A stretch of DNA of 64,000 nt, from the NCBI GenBank assembly GCA_965215595.1, contig CBDCDW010000005.1, positions 235,316 through 299,315 on the forward strand, given 5' to 3'. The position numbers and the translations under genes are program-made. This document shows positions 24,587 to 33,288 of the stretch, piece by piece. This DNA is from an uncultured Candidatus Binatia bacterium (GTDB lineage Bacteria; Desulfobacterota; Binatia; UBA9968; CAXXLF01). Numbering within the stretch: the stretch's first letter is position 1; each line of letters opens with the position of its first letter. The notes under the pieces are model-generated. The model ran no database searches and had not been told where the DNA came from. It was given only the letters and a program-made list of their open reading frames with translations.

Positions 24587-25678
24587 TCATTTTATGACCT
24601 TTGTCGCTTGCAGGAGAAGGGACGGTGGGATCGTCACACCGAGAGCCTTCGCTGTCTTGAGATTTATCCTGAGTTCGAATTTCTTTGGCCGCTCTATGGG
24701 AAGGTTCCATGGATTCGCGCCCTTGAGGATCTTGGCTACGTGGGTAGCAGCCTGGCGGTATAAATCTAGGATGTCTGTGCCGTAGGACATGAGTCCACCT
24801 GCATTCACAAATCGGATTCGATCGTAGATCGCCGGTAACTGCCTCTCCCTCGCAAATTTTATGATCCGTGCTCGATTTGCTACGCTCGCACCCCCGGCTG
24901 CAGTAACCGATAGCCCTTCCGCTTTCCGGCTAATTTCGGATAAGGTTGTCTCAATGTCATTACGGTGAACAATCACGGATTGGACCTGCATACCCAAAGC
25001 CTTTCCTTCGGCTTTGATTTCTTCTTCCCAACGTTCCTTTTGGTCCTCACTCAAGAGCATGGTCACACGGGAAATGTGGGGGAACACCTCTTTGAGTAGT
25101 TCTAGTCGCTTTCCATATAACTCTGCTCTTAGGTCAGCTATCCCTGTCATATTGCCGCCGGGCCTTGCGAGGCTGACAACATAACCAGCCTCAACTGGAT
25201 CAACTCGACTCCCTGACATAACAATAGGGATCGTGCTGGTTGCCCGCTTCGCAGCGCGAGTCGGATTCCTACCCGGCGAGGTGAGAATGACATCAACCTT
25301 GAGCCGAACCAGCTCAGCCGCAACCTCCTGGAGCCGTTCCTTGTCACCTTTTCCGTTACGGTACTCGATAACGTAGTTTTGTCCGTGAACAAACCCGAGC
25401 TCCCGCATTCCTTGCTTGAAAGAAGCGAGTTGGCCAATCTGTGCTTTAGTCCAGCGGTAGGACAGATAACCTATGCGGTAGACTTTCTTTGGCTGCTGCG
25501 CCTGAATTTGGGAGACAGTTAGCAGAAGGACAGCAAGCAGTAGGCAGAAAGAAACAAAGATACTTCTGGTCACCCGTTTTTCTCCCTTCTTTTGCTGCTG
25601 TTTGCATTCTGCTCGCTCCCAACCGTTCTGATTGGTTACCATCGAATCCTCCTTGTCATCTAATCGCCTGCCGGTCAT
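24587..25678 (-). CDS. PF04392-type substrate-binding protein, paralogue 3 (apparently intact)
   Basis: Signal/TM SIFVSFCLLLAVLLLTVSQIQAQQ, then KVYRIGYLS...TIPIVMSGSRVDPVEAGYVVSLARPGGNMTG...NLPIERPKKFELRINLKTAKALGVTIPPSLLLQATKVIK. Confidence 0.65.
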   Translation of the reverse strand: MTGRRLDDKEDSMVTNQNGWERAECKQQQKKGEKRVTRSIFVSFCLLLAVLLLTVSQIQAQQPKKVYRIGYLSYRWTKAQIGQLASFKQGMRELGFVHGQNYVIEYRNGKGDKERLQEVAAELVRLKVDVILTSPGRNPTRAAKRATSTIPIVMSGSRVDPVEAGYVVSLARPGGNMTGIADLRAELYGKRLELLKEVFPHISRVTMLLSEDQKERWEEEIKAEGKALGMQVQSVIVHRNDIETTLSEISRKAEGLSVTAAGGASVANRARIIKFARERQLPAIYDRIRFVNAGGLMSYGTDILDLYRQAATHVAKILKGANPWNLPIERPKKFELRINLKTAKALGVTIPPSLLLQATKVIK

Positions 25679-25860
25679 ATCACTAACTCAACTCATTGAG
25701 CAATGCGCGTGCCTAGCCTATGGGATTGCTCTGAATTTAGATAAGGTGCTGAATTGGTACGAGAATTTTCGTGCGGGGATTTTAGAAGATGCTGGAACAA
25801 GAAGGAAAAGTGTAGCTTTTTTGCTACACCTGTGTAGCATAAATGCATCACCGGAAATTC

Positions 25861-26331
25861 TTAGGGCAGCGTAATATGAGGTCGCTTTTCAGCTGAAGGA
25901 GAATTTAAACGACGCTTAATTTGCATCACAAGGGCAAAAAAGCCCGTTAGTATAGCCAACACTAATGTCCAAAGGACCGAAGTCCTTTTTTGCCTCGAAT
26001 CTTCCAATGAGGGTACGGCATCAAATCTTAGGCGATTCGTTACGTTAGGGTCGTCGATACCTCTCCATTGAATTTTATTTGCATCGATTCCATCGACTCG
26101 CACGAAGGAAGAATCGCTCTCCCCCTGATCAGCATTACTTTTCCTATTAATGACTTGCTTGATTTTATCAGGAAGCCTTTTAATCGTCTGGACGACCACT
26201 TTAGTTTCCTTTAATACAAAAGTCGGCTCCGGACGATCCAGATCCCAGACATCCTCTTGCTGCGCTCTGGCAGTAGAGCGAATCGCCAACAGCAAAGCGC
26301 ACAGTGCAAAACAAAATAATTTCATAGGCAT
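25861..26331 (-). CDS. Hypothetical protein with N-terminal signal peptide and C-terminal hydrophobic segment
   Basis: MPMKLFCFALCALLLAIRSTARAQQ... then ...VLWTLVLAILTGFFALVMQI. No recognisable domain. The 3' end overlaps a weak copy of the dispersed repeat. Confidence 0.35.
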   Translation of the reverse strand: MPMKLFCFALCALLLAIRSTARAQQEDVWDLDRPEPTFVLKETKVVVQTIKRLPDKIKQVINRKSNADQGESDSSFVRVDGIDANKIQWRGIDDPNVTNRLRFDAVPSLEDSRQKRTSVLWTLVLAILTGFFALVMQIKRRLNSPSAEKRPHITLP

Positions 26332-26349
26332 TCAATTTCCCCCCAAGGT

Positions 26350-27145
26350 GGGTAGAGTAGAGGACAGGCTTAGCTTGCTTTAGGCCGCACCTTGGCTGTA
26401 TCCGCCGTTTCCAGCTTCGTGCCCGTTTAGGCACTTCCGTAACAAGCGTTCCTGTCCCCCCTCATCAAACCGTACTTGCAGTTTTCCCGCATACGGCTTT
26501 CCGATCATCTTCATCTCAAGGCATGCGAGGCCGCCTATTGAGCTCCCTCTTGGCCTTGAGATACAGTCTCCGCTAGAGGTCTCGAATCTTGTTAGGTGTT
26601 TGTAGCCTCACGGCAATCACCTCTCCTTCCCTCTTTAAGAGACACAATGAAAGTAGGGCGCCTTCCCTCAGCCGGCATTACCCAGCCTCCTCGGTAATAC
26701 TCGCCCCTCCGACTTCTCGCCCGCCTGACCCTGACTTCGGTTTCCCTTATACCGAGCCATTGCGGCTATCACCCGCGACAAACGAGATCTCCCGCGTTAC
26801 CCATCACAACTTCCCCCACATGCCGTCCCGACGACCCCGGAGAGCCCATCTGCTTCTGTCTCGGTTATTTCCACAGATGGCACCGGCCTTCCCCATCTGA
26901 CCACAGGGTCGGCACTCTCAATCAGCAAGTTACGAGGCTCTATGGGTTCCCTAGTAGTACGGCCTGCGAGTTTGCGATCCTCTCCTTTTGGAAAGTTTTC
27001 TCGATCCACTTAGCCCTGAGAGTCACCCCTCAAAACCGGATCTTCGCTAGCGGGGTGAACCGTTAATTCCCCGCACCGGACTTTAACCGGCAAGTTGCAC
27101 TGCTTCCGCGGCATACGGTCAGGTCTTGACGGGCTGTTGCCCAAA
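26350..27145. repeat. ~796-bp repeat, copy 1 (>99% identical to 28697-29492)
   Basis: Direct comparison shows only two mismatches, both near the right end. The identical spurious ORFs 26589..26900 and 28936..29247 in the track reflect this. Confidence 0.9.
26439..27076 (-). ncRNA. Putative ORF-less group II intron (ribozyme only), copy 1
   Basis: On the minus strand the element starts GTGCG (complement of 27072-27076) and contains a textbook domain V near its 3' end: aAGCcgtatgcggGAAAActgcAAgtacggttt. That is a 9-bp lower stem beginning with the AGC triad, an AA bulge, a 4-bp upper stem and a GNRA-like loop (complement of 26467-26499). A hairpin region follows and ends ...gttac. There is no room for an intron-encoded protein. 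Confidence 0.55.
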
Positions 27146-27160
27146 CGTCGGTTAAATATC
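27130..27160. mobile_element. Solo ~31-bp terminal fragment of the IS1182-family element (matches its right inverted repeat), abutting intron copy 1
   Basis: cgggctgttgcccaaacgtcggttaaata versus the IS end cgggctgttgcccaaacctcggttaaata (33289-33317). The sequences diverge after that. Confidence 0.6.
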
Positions 27161-27394
27161 TCAGGGGACTTCTCAGGGGACATTGCGACTCTTGTGGCTT
27201 TTTATAAATAATTTCTCATGCCTCCTGGTCCCTGCTTGAGCAGGGGGGGTACGCTGGCCTAATTGTTATTCGAGAATTACCAGTGCTGTGCGAGGTCGTA
27301 ATCGAAATCCTTGATAGGCTTAATGTTGAACTAATTCCTATTTGCTGACCTTCACGAACCTCCTCCCTTGATAAGCTTTTAATGAATAACCCCA

Positions 27395-27690
27395 TGACCA
27401 CATTTCCGGGTCGGACCAAGGTAACTGATTGATATAGAATGTGAAGATTGTAAAAACGAGGCAAATTTAGTGCTTAAAATGGAAGTTTCGATAACAAAAA
27501 TGCAGGGCTAAGGAAAGATTGGGTTGATGAATTTGTGAGAGGTGGTAAACGGTGGAAACAAACTTCCGGAACCAGCCATTCCTTGCAATAGGGATTTCGA
27601 CTCTAAAAATTCGATTTTAAGCGAGAACAGCACTTACTTTTAGAGTGAACCCATTAAGATTTCAACCTGAAAGCTTGGTCCGACCCGGCT
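27395..27690. repeat. MITE-like element: ~290-bp AT-rich segment bounded by imperfect ~30-bp inverted repeats (ccgggtcggaccaag... / ...cttggtccgacccgg), with an internal 8-bp-stem hairpin ctctaaaa/ttttagag
   Basis: 27402-27417 ccgggtcggaccaagg is the reverse complement of 27668-27683, and similarity continues for ~15 bp more. There is no coding potential. Confidence 0.35.
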
Positions 27691-28075
27691 AGCGGCTAGC
27701 AGTGTCCCGCTCTGTCCGAAAAACCAACTTCAGGTTGACATAACAGCTCGCGATTGGATATTGCCGGCTCAGAAGCACAAAGCTTGGGCGGTTTGCCGCT
27801 CCAGTCGTCGCTGGGAGCCCTCGAAGGCGGGCACGAGGAGGCTACTCGCGGCAATTTTCGACTTTTTCACGGCCATTCCCGAAAAGCGACTTCCTATCAG
27901 TTTAAATTTCCTATATGTATTGGTTGCTCGCATAAAGTTAGACCAGCTGGAAACGGACGACGTGCTCGATCGGGCGATCGACTATCGCGCCGTGATTGCC
28001 ACGGCAGCAATCGAGGTCATGGTCGAGCTGCGGTAAATAGGGCTGCTAGGCAGTATAGATACAGGGAGATATACA

Positions 28076-28621
28076 ATGACACGCATTAGCATTCTGACGC
28101 CCGACGAGATGAACGATGAACAGCGCGCAGTGATCGACGCGTCCAAGGCCAACGGCAAGCCGCATGGCGGGCCATTCTGGGCCTATATCCGCAATCCCAA
28201 ACTAATGCAGAACGTCCAGGACACAGGAGCCTGTATCGCCGACAGCACCCTGTCCGCCCGCGAATCACAGATCGCCATCTTGACCGTGGCGCGGTTCTGG
28301 GGCGCCAAATACCCGTGGGCGGTTCAATGCCGCAACGCTCTTAAAGTTGGACTCACGCAGGAAGAGATCGACGCCATCAACGCCCGCGGCGCGCCGCCAA
28401 CCGATGACAAGCGTGAATTGCTCGCGCATCAGGTCGCCAATGAACTGCTCGCCGACAAGGGTTTAAGCGATGCCACCTACGCATCCGCCGAATCATCCTT
28501 TAGCACCGAAGAGCTGGTGGCTCTAGTTGCCCGCGTCGGCTCGTTCTCGATGACGTGTTGCACCGCCAACGCATTTGATATCACGCCGCCCGATGAGGTA
28601 CCTGCGCGCCTTAAGGCATAG
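28076..28621 (+). CDS. Carboxymuconolactone decarboxylase (AhpD-like) family protein
   Basis: 181 aa; ...ESQIAILTVARFWGAKYPWAVQCRNALKVGLTQEEID... is typical of the CMD/AhpD helical fold. A conserved Cys is present (not a CxxC pair). The gene is high-GC and lies between the two intron-like repeat copies. Confidence 0.65.
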   Translation: MTRISILTPDEMNDEQRAVIDASKANGKPHGGPFWAYIRNPKLMQNVQDTGACIADSTLSARESQIAILTVARFWGAKYPWAVQCRNALKVGLTQEEIDAINARGAPPTDDKRELLAHQVANELLADKGLSDATYASAESSFSTEELVALVARVGSFSMTCCTANAFDITPPDEVPARLKA

Positions 28622-28696
28622 CAAACGCGTTGGAGCTCAATTGACAGCGCCAAATCCGACGAATGGTCTGCACAGGATCTATTAGGGGTCATATTA

Positions 28697-29492
28697 GGGT
28701 AGAGTAGAGGACAGGCTTAGCTTGCTTTAGGCCGCACCTTGGCTGTATCCGCCGTTTCCAGCTTCGTGCCCGTTTAGGCACTTCCGTAACAAGCGTTCCT
28801 GTCCCCCCTCATCAAACCGTACTTGCAGTTTTCCCGCATACGGCTTTCCGATCATCTTCATCTCAAGGCATGCGAGGCCGCCTATTGAGCTCCCTCTTGG
28901 CCTTGAGATACAGTCTCCGCTAGAGGTCTCGAATCTTGTTAGGTGTTTGTAGCCTCACGGCAATCACCTCTCCTTCCCTCTTTAAGAGACACAATGAAAG
29001 TAGGGCGCCTTCCCTCAGCCGGCATTACCCAGCCTCCTCGGTAATACTCGCCCCTCCGACTTCTCGCCCGCCTGACCCTGACTTCGGTTTCCCTTATACC
29101 GAGCCATTGCGGCTATCACCCGCGACAAACGAGATCTCCCGCGTTACCCATCACAACTTCCCCCACATGCCGTCCCGACGACCCCGGAGAGCCCATCTGC
29201 TTCTGTCTCGGTTATTTCCACAGATGGCACCGGCCTTCCCCATCTGACCACAGGGTCGGCACTCTCAATCAGCAAGTTACGAGGCTCTATGGGTTCCCTA
29301 GTAGTACGGCCTGCGAGTTTGCGATCCTCTCCTTTTGGAAAGTTTTCTCGATCCACTTAGCCCTGAGAGTCACCCCTCAAAACCGGATCTTCGCTAGCGG
29401 GGTGAACCGTTAATTCCCCGCACCGGACTTTAACCGGCAAGTTGCACTGCTTCCGCGGCATACGTTCAGGTCTTGTCGGGCTGTTGCCCAAA
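28697..29492. repeat. ~796-bp repeat, copy 2; ends in the left inverted repeat of the IS1182-family element
   Basis: See copy 1. The offset is 2347 bp. Confidence 0.9.
28786..29423 (-). ncRNA. Putative ORF-less group II intron, copy 2
   Basis: Identical to copy 1 (offset 2347 bp). Confidence 0.55.
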
Positions 29493-31108
29493 TCAATAAT
29501 TTCAGTGCGTTAACAGAACTCTCTGGTTATAATGCTCTCAGTTATTCTCAATTATTATAGGGAGCAAAGCCATGATGGGTCATCAGCCACCCTCTCAGCC
29601 TGCACTATTCTACACAGGATTTAATTTGGAAAAACGGATTCGTGCGGACCACATGTTGCGCAAAGTAGCACGGATGGTGGATTTTGATTTTGTGTACCAA
29701 GAAGTCAAGGATCGATATGGATACAACGGCAACGTATCGGTTGCACCGCCAATGATAATAAAGCTGATGATGCTTTTGGTGCTCTACAACGTTCGTAGCG
29801 AGCGAGAGTTGATGGCAACGTTGCCGGAGCGGCTAGACTGGTTGTGGTTTTTGGGATTGGAGTTGGATTCGGAGATACCGCACCATAGCGTGCTGAGCAA
29901 GGCGAGGAGGCGTTGGGGTGTAGAGTTGTTTCGATCCTTTTTCGAGCGAGTCGTGTGGCAGTGTGTGGAGAGCGGGTTAGTGGACGGGAGTAAGCTTTTT
30001 TGCGACTCCAGTTTGATTGAAGCGGATGCTTCACGCAACTCGGTTATAGACACCCAGGGGCTTAGACGTTACCTGAGCCCAGCATACAAGGAGTTGGAGG
30101 CACGATTAGAGGAGCGGGAAGAGGCAAGAGAGGACAACCATGAGGATCCACCCGAGAACCCTCCCCGGCGTAACGTTGTCAACCAGCGCTACGTGTCGGC
30201 AACCGATCCAGATGCCTCGGTGGTACGCAAGGGAAAGAAGGGGGACTCTAAGCTGCGTTATCAGACCCACCGTGGGATCGACGGGGCGTATGGGGTAATT
30301 ACCGCGACGGTGGTTGGCCCTGGGGACGAGAACGAAGCACATCGCATGACAGAGCTTCTCCAGGATCATCAGGCCCATACCCAACGAAGTGCCCAGGTGG
30401 TGGTAGCCGATAGCAAGTACGGGACAACAGCTAATTTCTTAGATTGCTACGACCGTGGGATATTGGCACACATTCCGGTGTTGAAACAGACCCAGGATAA
30501 GCAGGAGCGTCGGAGCAAGATATTTCCTGAAAGTATGTTTGTTTATGACCCAGAAACCGACACTTATACATGTCCTGCCGGGCAACCGCTTAGGCGGCGT
30601 AAGCACTGGGTGGAGCGCAAGGCGTTTGAGTACGTGACGAGCCGCGGGGTGTGCCAGCAGTGTACCTTGCGGCTTCAATGCACTCGTTCTCAAAGTGCGG
30701 GGCGAACCATCAAACGCCATGAGCGCCAGGAGATATTGGATAGCGTGCGTATGCGAGCACAGAGCCCATGGGCAAGAAGAGATATCAAGGTCCGTCAGCA
30801 TTTCATGGAACGATCGTTTGCTCAAGGGAGACGATATGGACTGAAACGAGCGCGGTGGCGTGGTCGTTGGCGGGTGCAGATTCAAGATTACTTGATAGCG
30901 ATTGTGCAGAACATCGAGCTATTGATTAATCATGCACGGCCAAAACCAAGAGCGGTTTTGGCTGCAGCAACGAAGGTGGCCATTCGCTTTGCGACCCACC
31001 ATCCCACGGCCTTGCAGCAAGCCGTGGTGGTTTGAGCAAACAAACACCGCACGTTATAGCTCGGTTGGATCTATTGCGCTATTTAACCGAGGTTTGGGCA
31101 ACAGCCCG
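29477..31108 (+). mobile_element. IS1182/IS5-family insertion sequence, copy 1 (1632 bp; 16-bp terminal IRs cgggctgttgcccaaa / tttgggcaacagcccg)
   Basis: Perfect terminal inverted repeats. It carries a single transposase ORF at 29572..31035 and is identical in length and nearly identical in sequence to the inverted copy at 33289-34920. Confidence 0.8.
29572..31035 (+). CDS. IS1182/IS5-family DDE transposase (DUF772 N-terminal domain + DDE_Tnp_1)
   Basis: PALFYTGFNLEKRIRADHMLRKVARMVDFDFVYQEV...YGYNGNVSVAPPMIIKLMMLLVLYNVRSEREL is the characteristic IS5-group N-terminus. A C-terminal Cys-rich region follows (CPAGQPL...CQQCTLRLQC). Confidence 0.8.
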   Translation: MMGHQPPSQPALFYTGFNLEKRIRADHMLRKVARMVDFDFVYQEVKDRYGYNGNVSVAPPMIIKLMMLLVLYNVRSERELMATLPERLDWLWFLGLELDSEIPHHSVLSKARRRWGVELFRSFFERVVWQCVESGLVDGSKLFCDSSLIEADASRNSVIDTQGLRRYLSPAYKELEARLEEREEAREDNHEDPPENPPRRNVVNQRYVSATDPDASVVRKGKKGDSKLRYQTHRGIDGAYGVITATVVGPGDENEAHRMTELLQDHQAHTQRSAQVVVADSKYGTTANFLDCYDRGILAHIPVLKQTQDKQERRSKIFPESMFVYDPETDTYTCPAGQPLRRRKHWVERKAFEYVTSRGVCQQCTLRLQCTRSQSAGRTIKRHERQEILDSVRMRAQSPWARRDIKVRQHFMERSFAQGRRYGLKRARWRGRWRVQIQDYLIAIVQNIELLINHARPKPRAVLAAATKVAIRFATHHPTALQQAVVV

Positions 31109-31411
31109 TTGAATCTTGGCATAAGCCTTTCATGGCCGACTCAATTGAAGGAGCAATGAGCGTGCCGATCCAACACGACTACCCGGACTTAAGCCAGGTG
31201 CTGAATTGGTGAGGGAAATTTTTAGCAGATAAATTTAACGGAGCTTGCCGGGAAAGGCGTAAGTGTAGCTTCCTTGCTACACCCCTGTAACAAAAATGCT
31301 CCAGCAGAATTCGGAATCTTTAGGCCCTATTTCCACACCAGATGCTATTAATCGAGAATTAATTGCATCTCATGCACGACTCAAAGTACTGAGTGCCGTG
31401 AACACTCTGGG

Positions 31412-31798
31412 TTAGAGGGCCGCAACACAGGCGATCTCGATCAGGTAGTCCGGATTTGCCAGGCCTTTTACCACCACAAGGGTACTCGTAGGCGGAGTTC
31501 CTTTATAATATTGACTACGAACCCGACCATAACCCTCGCGATATTTTATGTCGGTGATGTAGGTCGTGGTCATCACCAGGTTTTCCGTGGTCGCGCCGAC
31601 CTCCTTGAGTACGGCCTCTATATTCTGAAAGACCTGCTTCGCCTGAGCTTCAATATCGCCTTTGCCAACGACGTTGCCGTTTTTGTCGCTGGCCGTTTGG
31701 CCAGCAATAAAAAGCAATTTGCCCGGCTGTGTGACGATACCCTGCGAATAGCGTGGTCTGGGATCTGACAAACCTTGCGGCTGAATAACTTCTTTCAT
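31412..31798 (-). CDS. ridA: RidA/YjgF/UK114-family enamine/imine deaminase
   Basis: 128 aa; ...QAKQVFQNIEAVLKEVGATTENLVMTTTYITDIKYREGYGRVRSQYYKG..PPTSTLVVVKGLANPDYLIEIACVAAL is a typical RidA C-terminus. Confidence 0.75.
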   Translation of the reverse strand: MKEVIQPQGLSDPRPRYSQGIVTQPGKLLFIAGQTASDKNGNVVGKGDIEAQAKQVFQNIEAVLKEVGATTENLVMTTTYITDIKYREGYGRVRSQYYKGTPPTSTLVVVKGLANPDYLIEIACVAAL

Positions 31799-31881
31799 GG
31801 TCTCCCCCTTTGTCTTGTTGCACTCACATCCTAAATCAAAATTATCTGCCTTTAAAATATTGGTCAGGTCTTGAATCTTGG

Positions 31882-32592
31882 CTACGCCATAATTTTACTA
31901 ATCGTTGAGTAATGCATCTTAAGATATTCTGCAACCTCCCGTTGGTTGTATCCATAACTTTTGACCGCCTCTTTGATCAACCTGTCTCTTGCTCCCTTAT
32001 CCTTCCGTCCCTTTCCATGGAACAACCTCTCTAGCGATGGACGGCTTATATATCTCTCTGCTTTCGGTATCTCACGAAGCTCTTCATAACCCTTTACGTA
32101 ACCAATGAGCTTGTCAACAAAATCCTCCTCCCTTAATATTTGCCCTCTAACTTGGCTATAGATACGCTGCCCACCTACTCCCTCCTTCACAAACTTTTCA
32201 TATAACTTTTGTGCTCTTTTGCGTCTGTTTCCAAAATGAGCTAGCACCCAATCTGTTGTTAGGCATCCATGAGGCGCTCCTCTCCCCGTCGTCCCACGGT
32301 AACTACTCCATTTCCACTTGCCAGCCTCTGAAACCACCGCAGCTCGAACAGGGTTTAGTACAACGTATCGACAAACTTCTAAACAATGGCTTTCCTTTTC
32401 CACCAATATGGACTTATATCGACCTTCAAATATGTGGCCTGTCCTATGGTGCTTACGGTTGTGATCTTGCGTATAGACACCGTTCAGTTGCCTCATGCCA
32501 CTAGCCAAATTCCCATCCGGCGTTTCTATCACCAAATGATAATGATTGTTCATTAGGCAGTAACTGTGACATAGCCAGTGGTAGCGATCCAC
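31882..32592 (-). CDS. HuH Y1 (IS200-like/REP-associated-type) tyrosine transposase with C-terminal HTH-like extension
   Basis: HuH motif NNHYHLVIETPDGNL, downstream Tyr-containing block (RYKSILVEKE...RYVVLNPVRAA), and C-terminal ...NQREVAEYLKMHYSTISKIMA. 236 aa. Confidence 0.55.
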   Translation of the reverse strand: MDRYHWLCHSYCLMNNHYHLVIETPDGNLASGMRQLNGVYTQDHNRKHHRTGHIFEGRYKSILVEKESHCLEVCRYVVLNPVRAAVVSEAGKWKWSSYRGTTGRGAPHGCLTTDWVLAHFGNRRKRAQKLYEKFVKEGVGGQRIYSQVRGQILREEDFVDKLIGYVKGYEELREIPKAERYISRPSLERLFHGKGRKDKGARDRLIKEAVKSYGYNQREVAEYLKMHYSTISKIMA

Positions 32593-32728
32593 GACCTCTT
32601 TGAGTCGGTTTAAAAACTGATGCCTTTCCTGCTCGTCTCTAAAGATGGATTGGCGAGCATTACCGCGGGAGGTAATGTGGTACAGGGCCCCTGGATAATG
32701 AAGAACCCCGTGGCAAGACCACGGGGTA

Positions 32729-33169
32729 TCAGAAGAGGCTCAGCTGACGAAGTTCTCCCACACCTTTGCCTTGGCTCTCCACATAGTTCTCTACAGCCCT
32801 CCAGTTGCCCCGCTCTCCGACTGTCCCCACGTAGTAACCGTCTGTCCAAAACTCCCCACCCCAAAGCTCCTGTCTTACCTCCGGCTTCCTACGAAAGATC
32901 TCCCTCGCCGTAATGCTCTTGAATACTCGTACAATCTGCCCCGGCGAGATCTTCGGATGCGCCGTGCATAGAAGATGAATATGCTCTCTGTCGCACCCTA
33001 TCGTTTCCATCTCTATATCATAGCGCTCGCTGATCCCCTTGGCTGTTTCCACGATGATCCCTACCACTTCCTCGCTCAAAAGAGCCTTCCTATATTTCAC
33101 CGGAAACACAATATGATAGTGAATCTGCCACGCACAATGACTACCTTTCTCAACCTCGCCTGCTCCCAT
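32729..33169 (-). CDS. tnpA: IS200/IS605-family transposase TnpA (HuH Y1)
   Basis: IHYHIVFPVKYRKALL (HuH), HIHLLCTAHPKISPGQIVRVFKSITAREIFRR, and catalytic Tyr region ...GYYVGTVGE. 146 aa. Confidence 0.75.
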   Translation of the reverse strand: MGAGEVEKGSHCAWQIHYHIVFPVKYRKALLSEEVVGIIVETAKGISERYDIEMETIGCDREHIHLLCTAHPKISPGQIVRVFKSITAREIFRRKPEVRQELWGGEFWTDGYYVGTVGERGNWRAVENYVESQGKGVGELRQLSLF

Positions 33170-33288
33170 CCACCCATGCTACTATAAGGTGTCCCCGTGG
33201 CAAGACCACGGGGAATTACAAGTTCAATTCGAAGTGGTCGTGCCATTAATCGTTTCTACCGTGAAGAGAGACCATATTCAATAATCAA

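Noticed and set aside
26589-26900. Identical 103-aa and 70-aa ORFs inside both copies of the 800-bp repeat (26589..26900/28936..29247; 26797..27009/29144..29356) as possible intron-encoded or IS-encoded proteins
   Set aside because: Low-complexity, Pro/Ser/Arg-rich translations with no RT, maturase or transposase motifs. They are identical only because the DNA is repeated. The ribozyme reading of the minus strand explains the conservation better.
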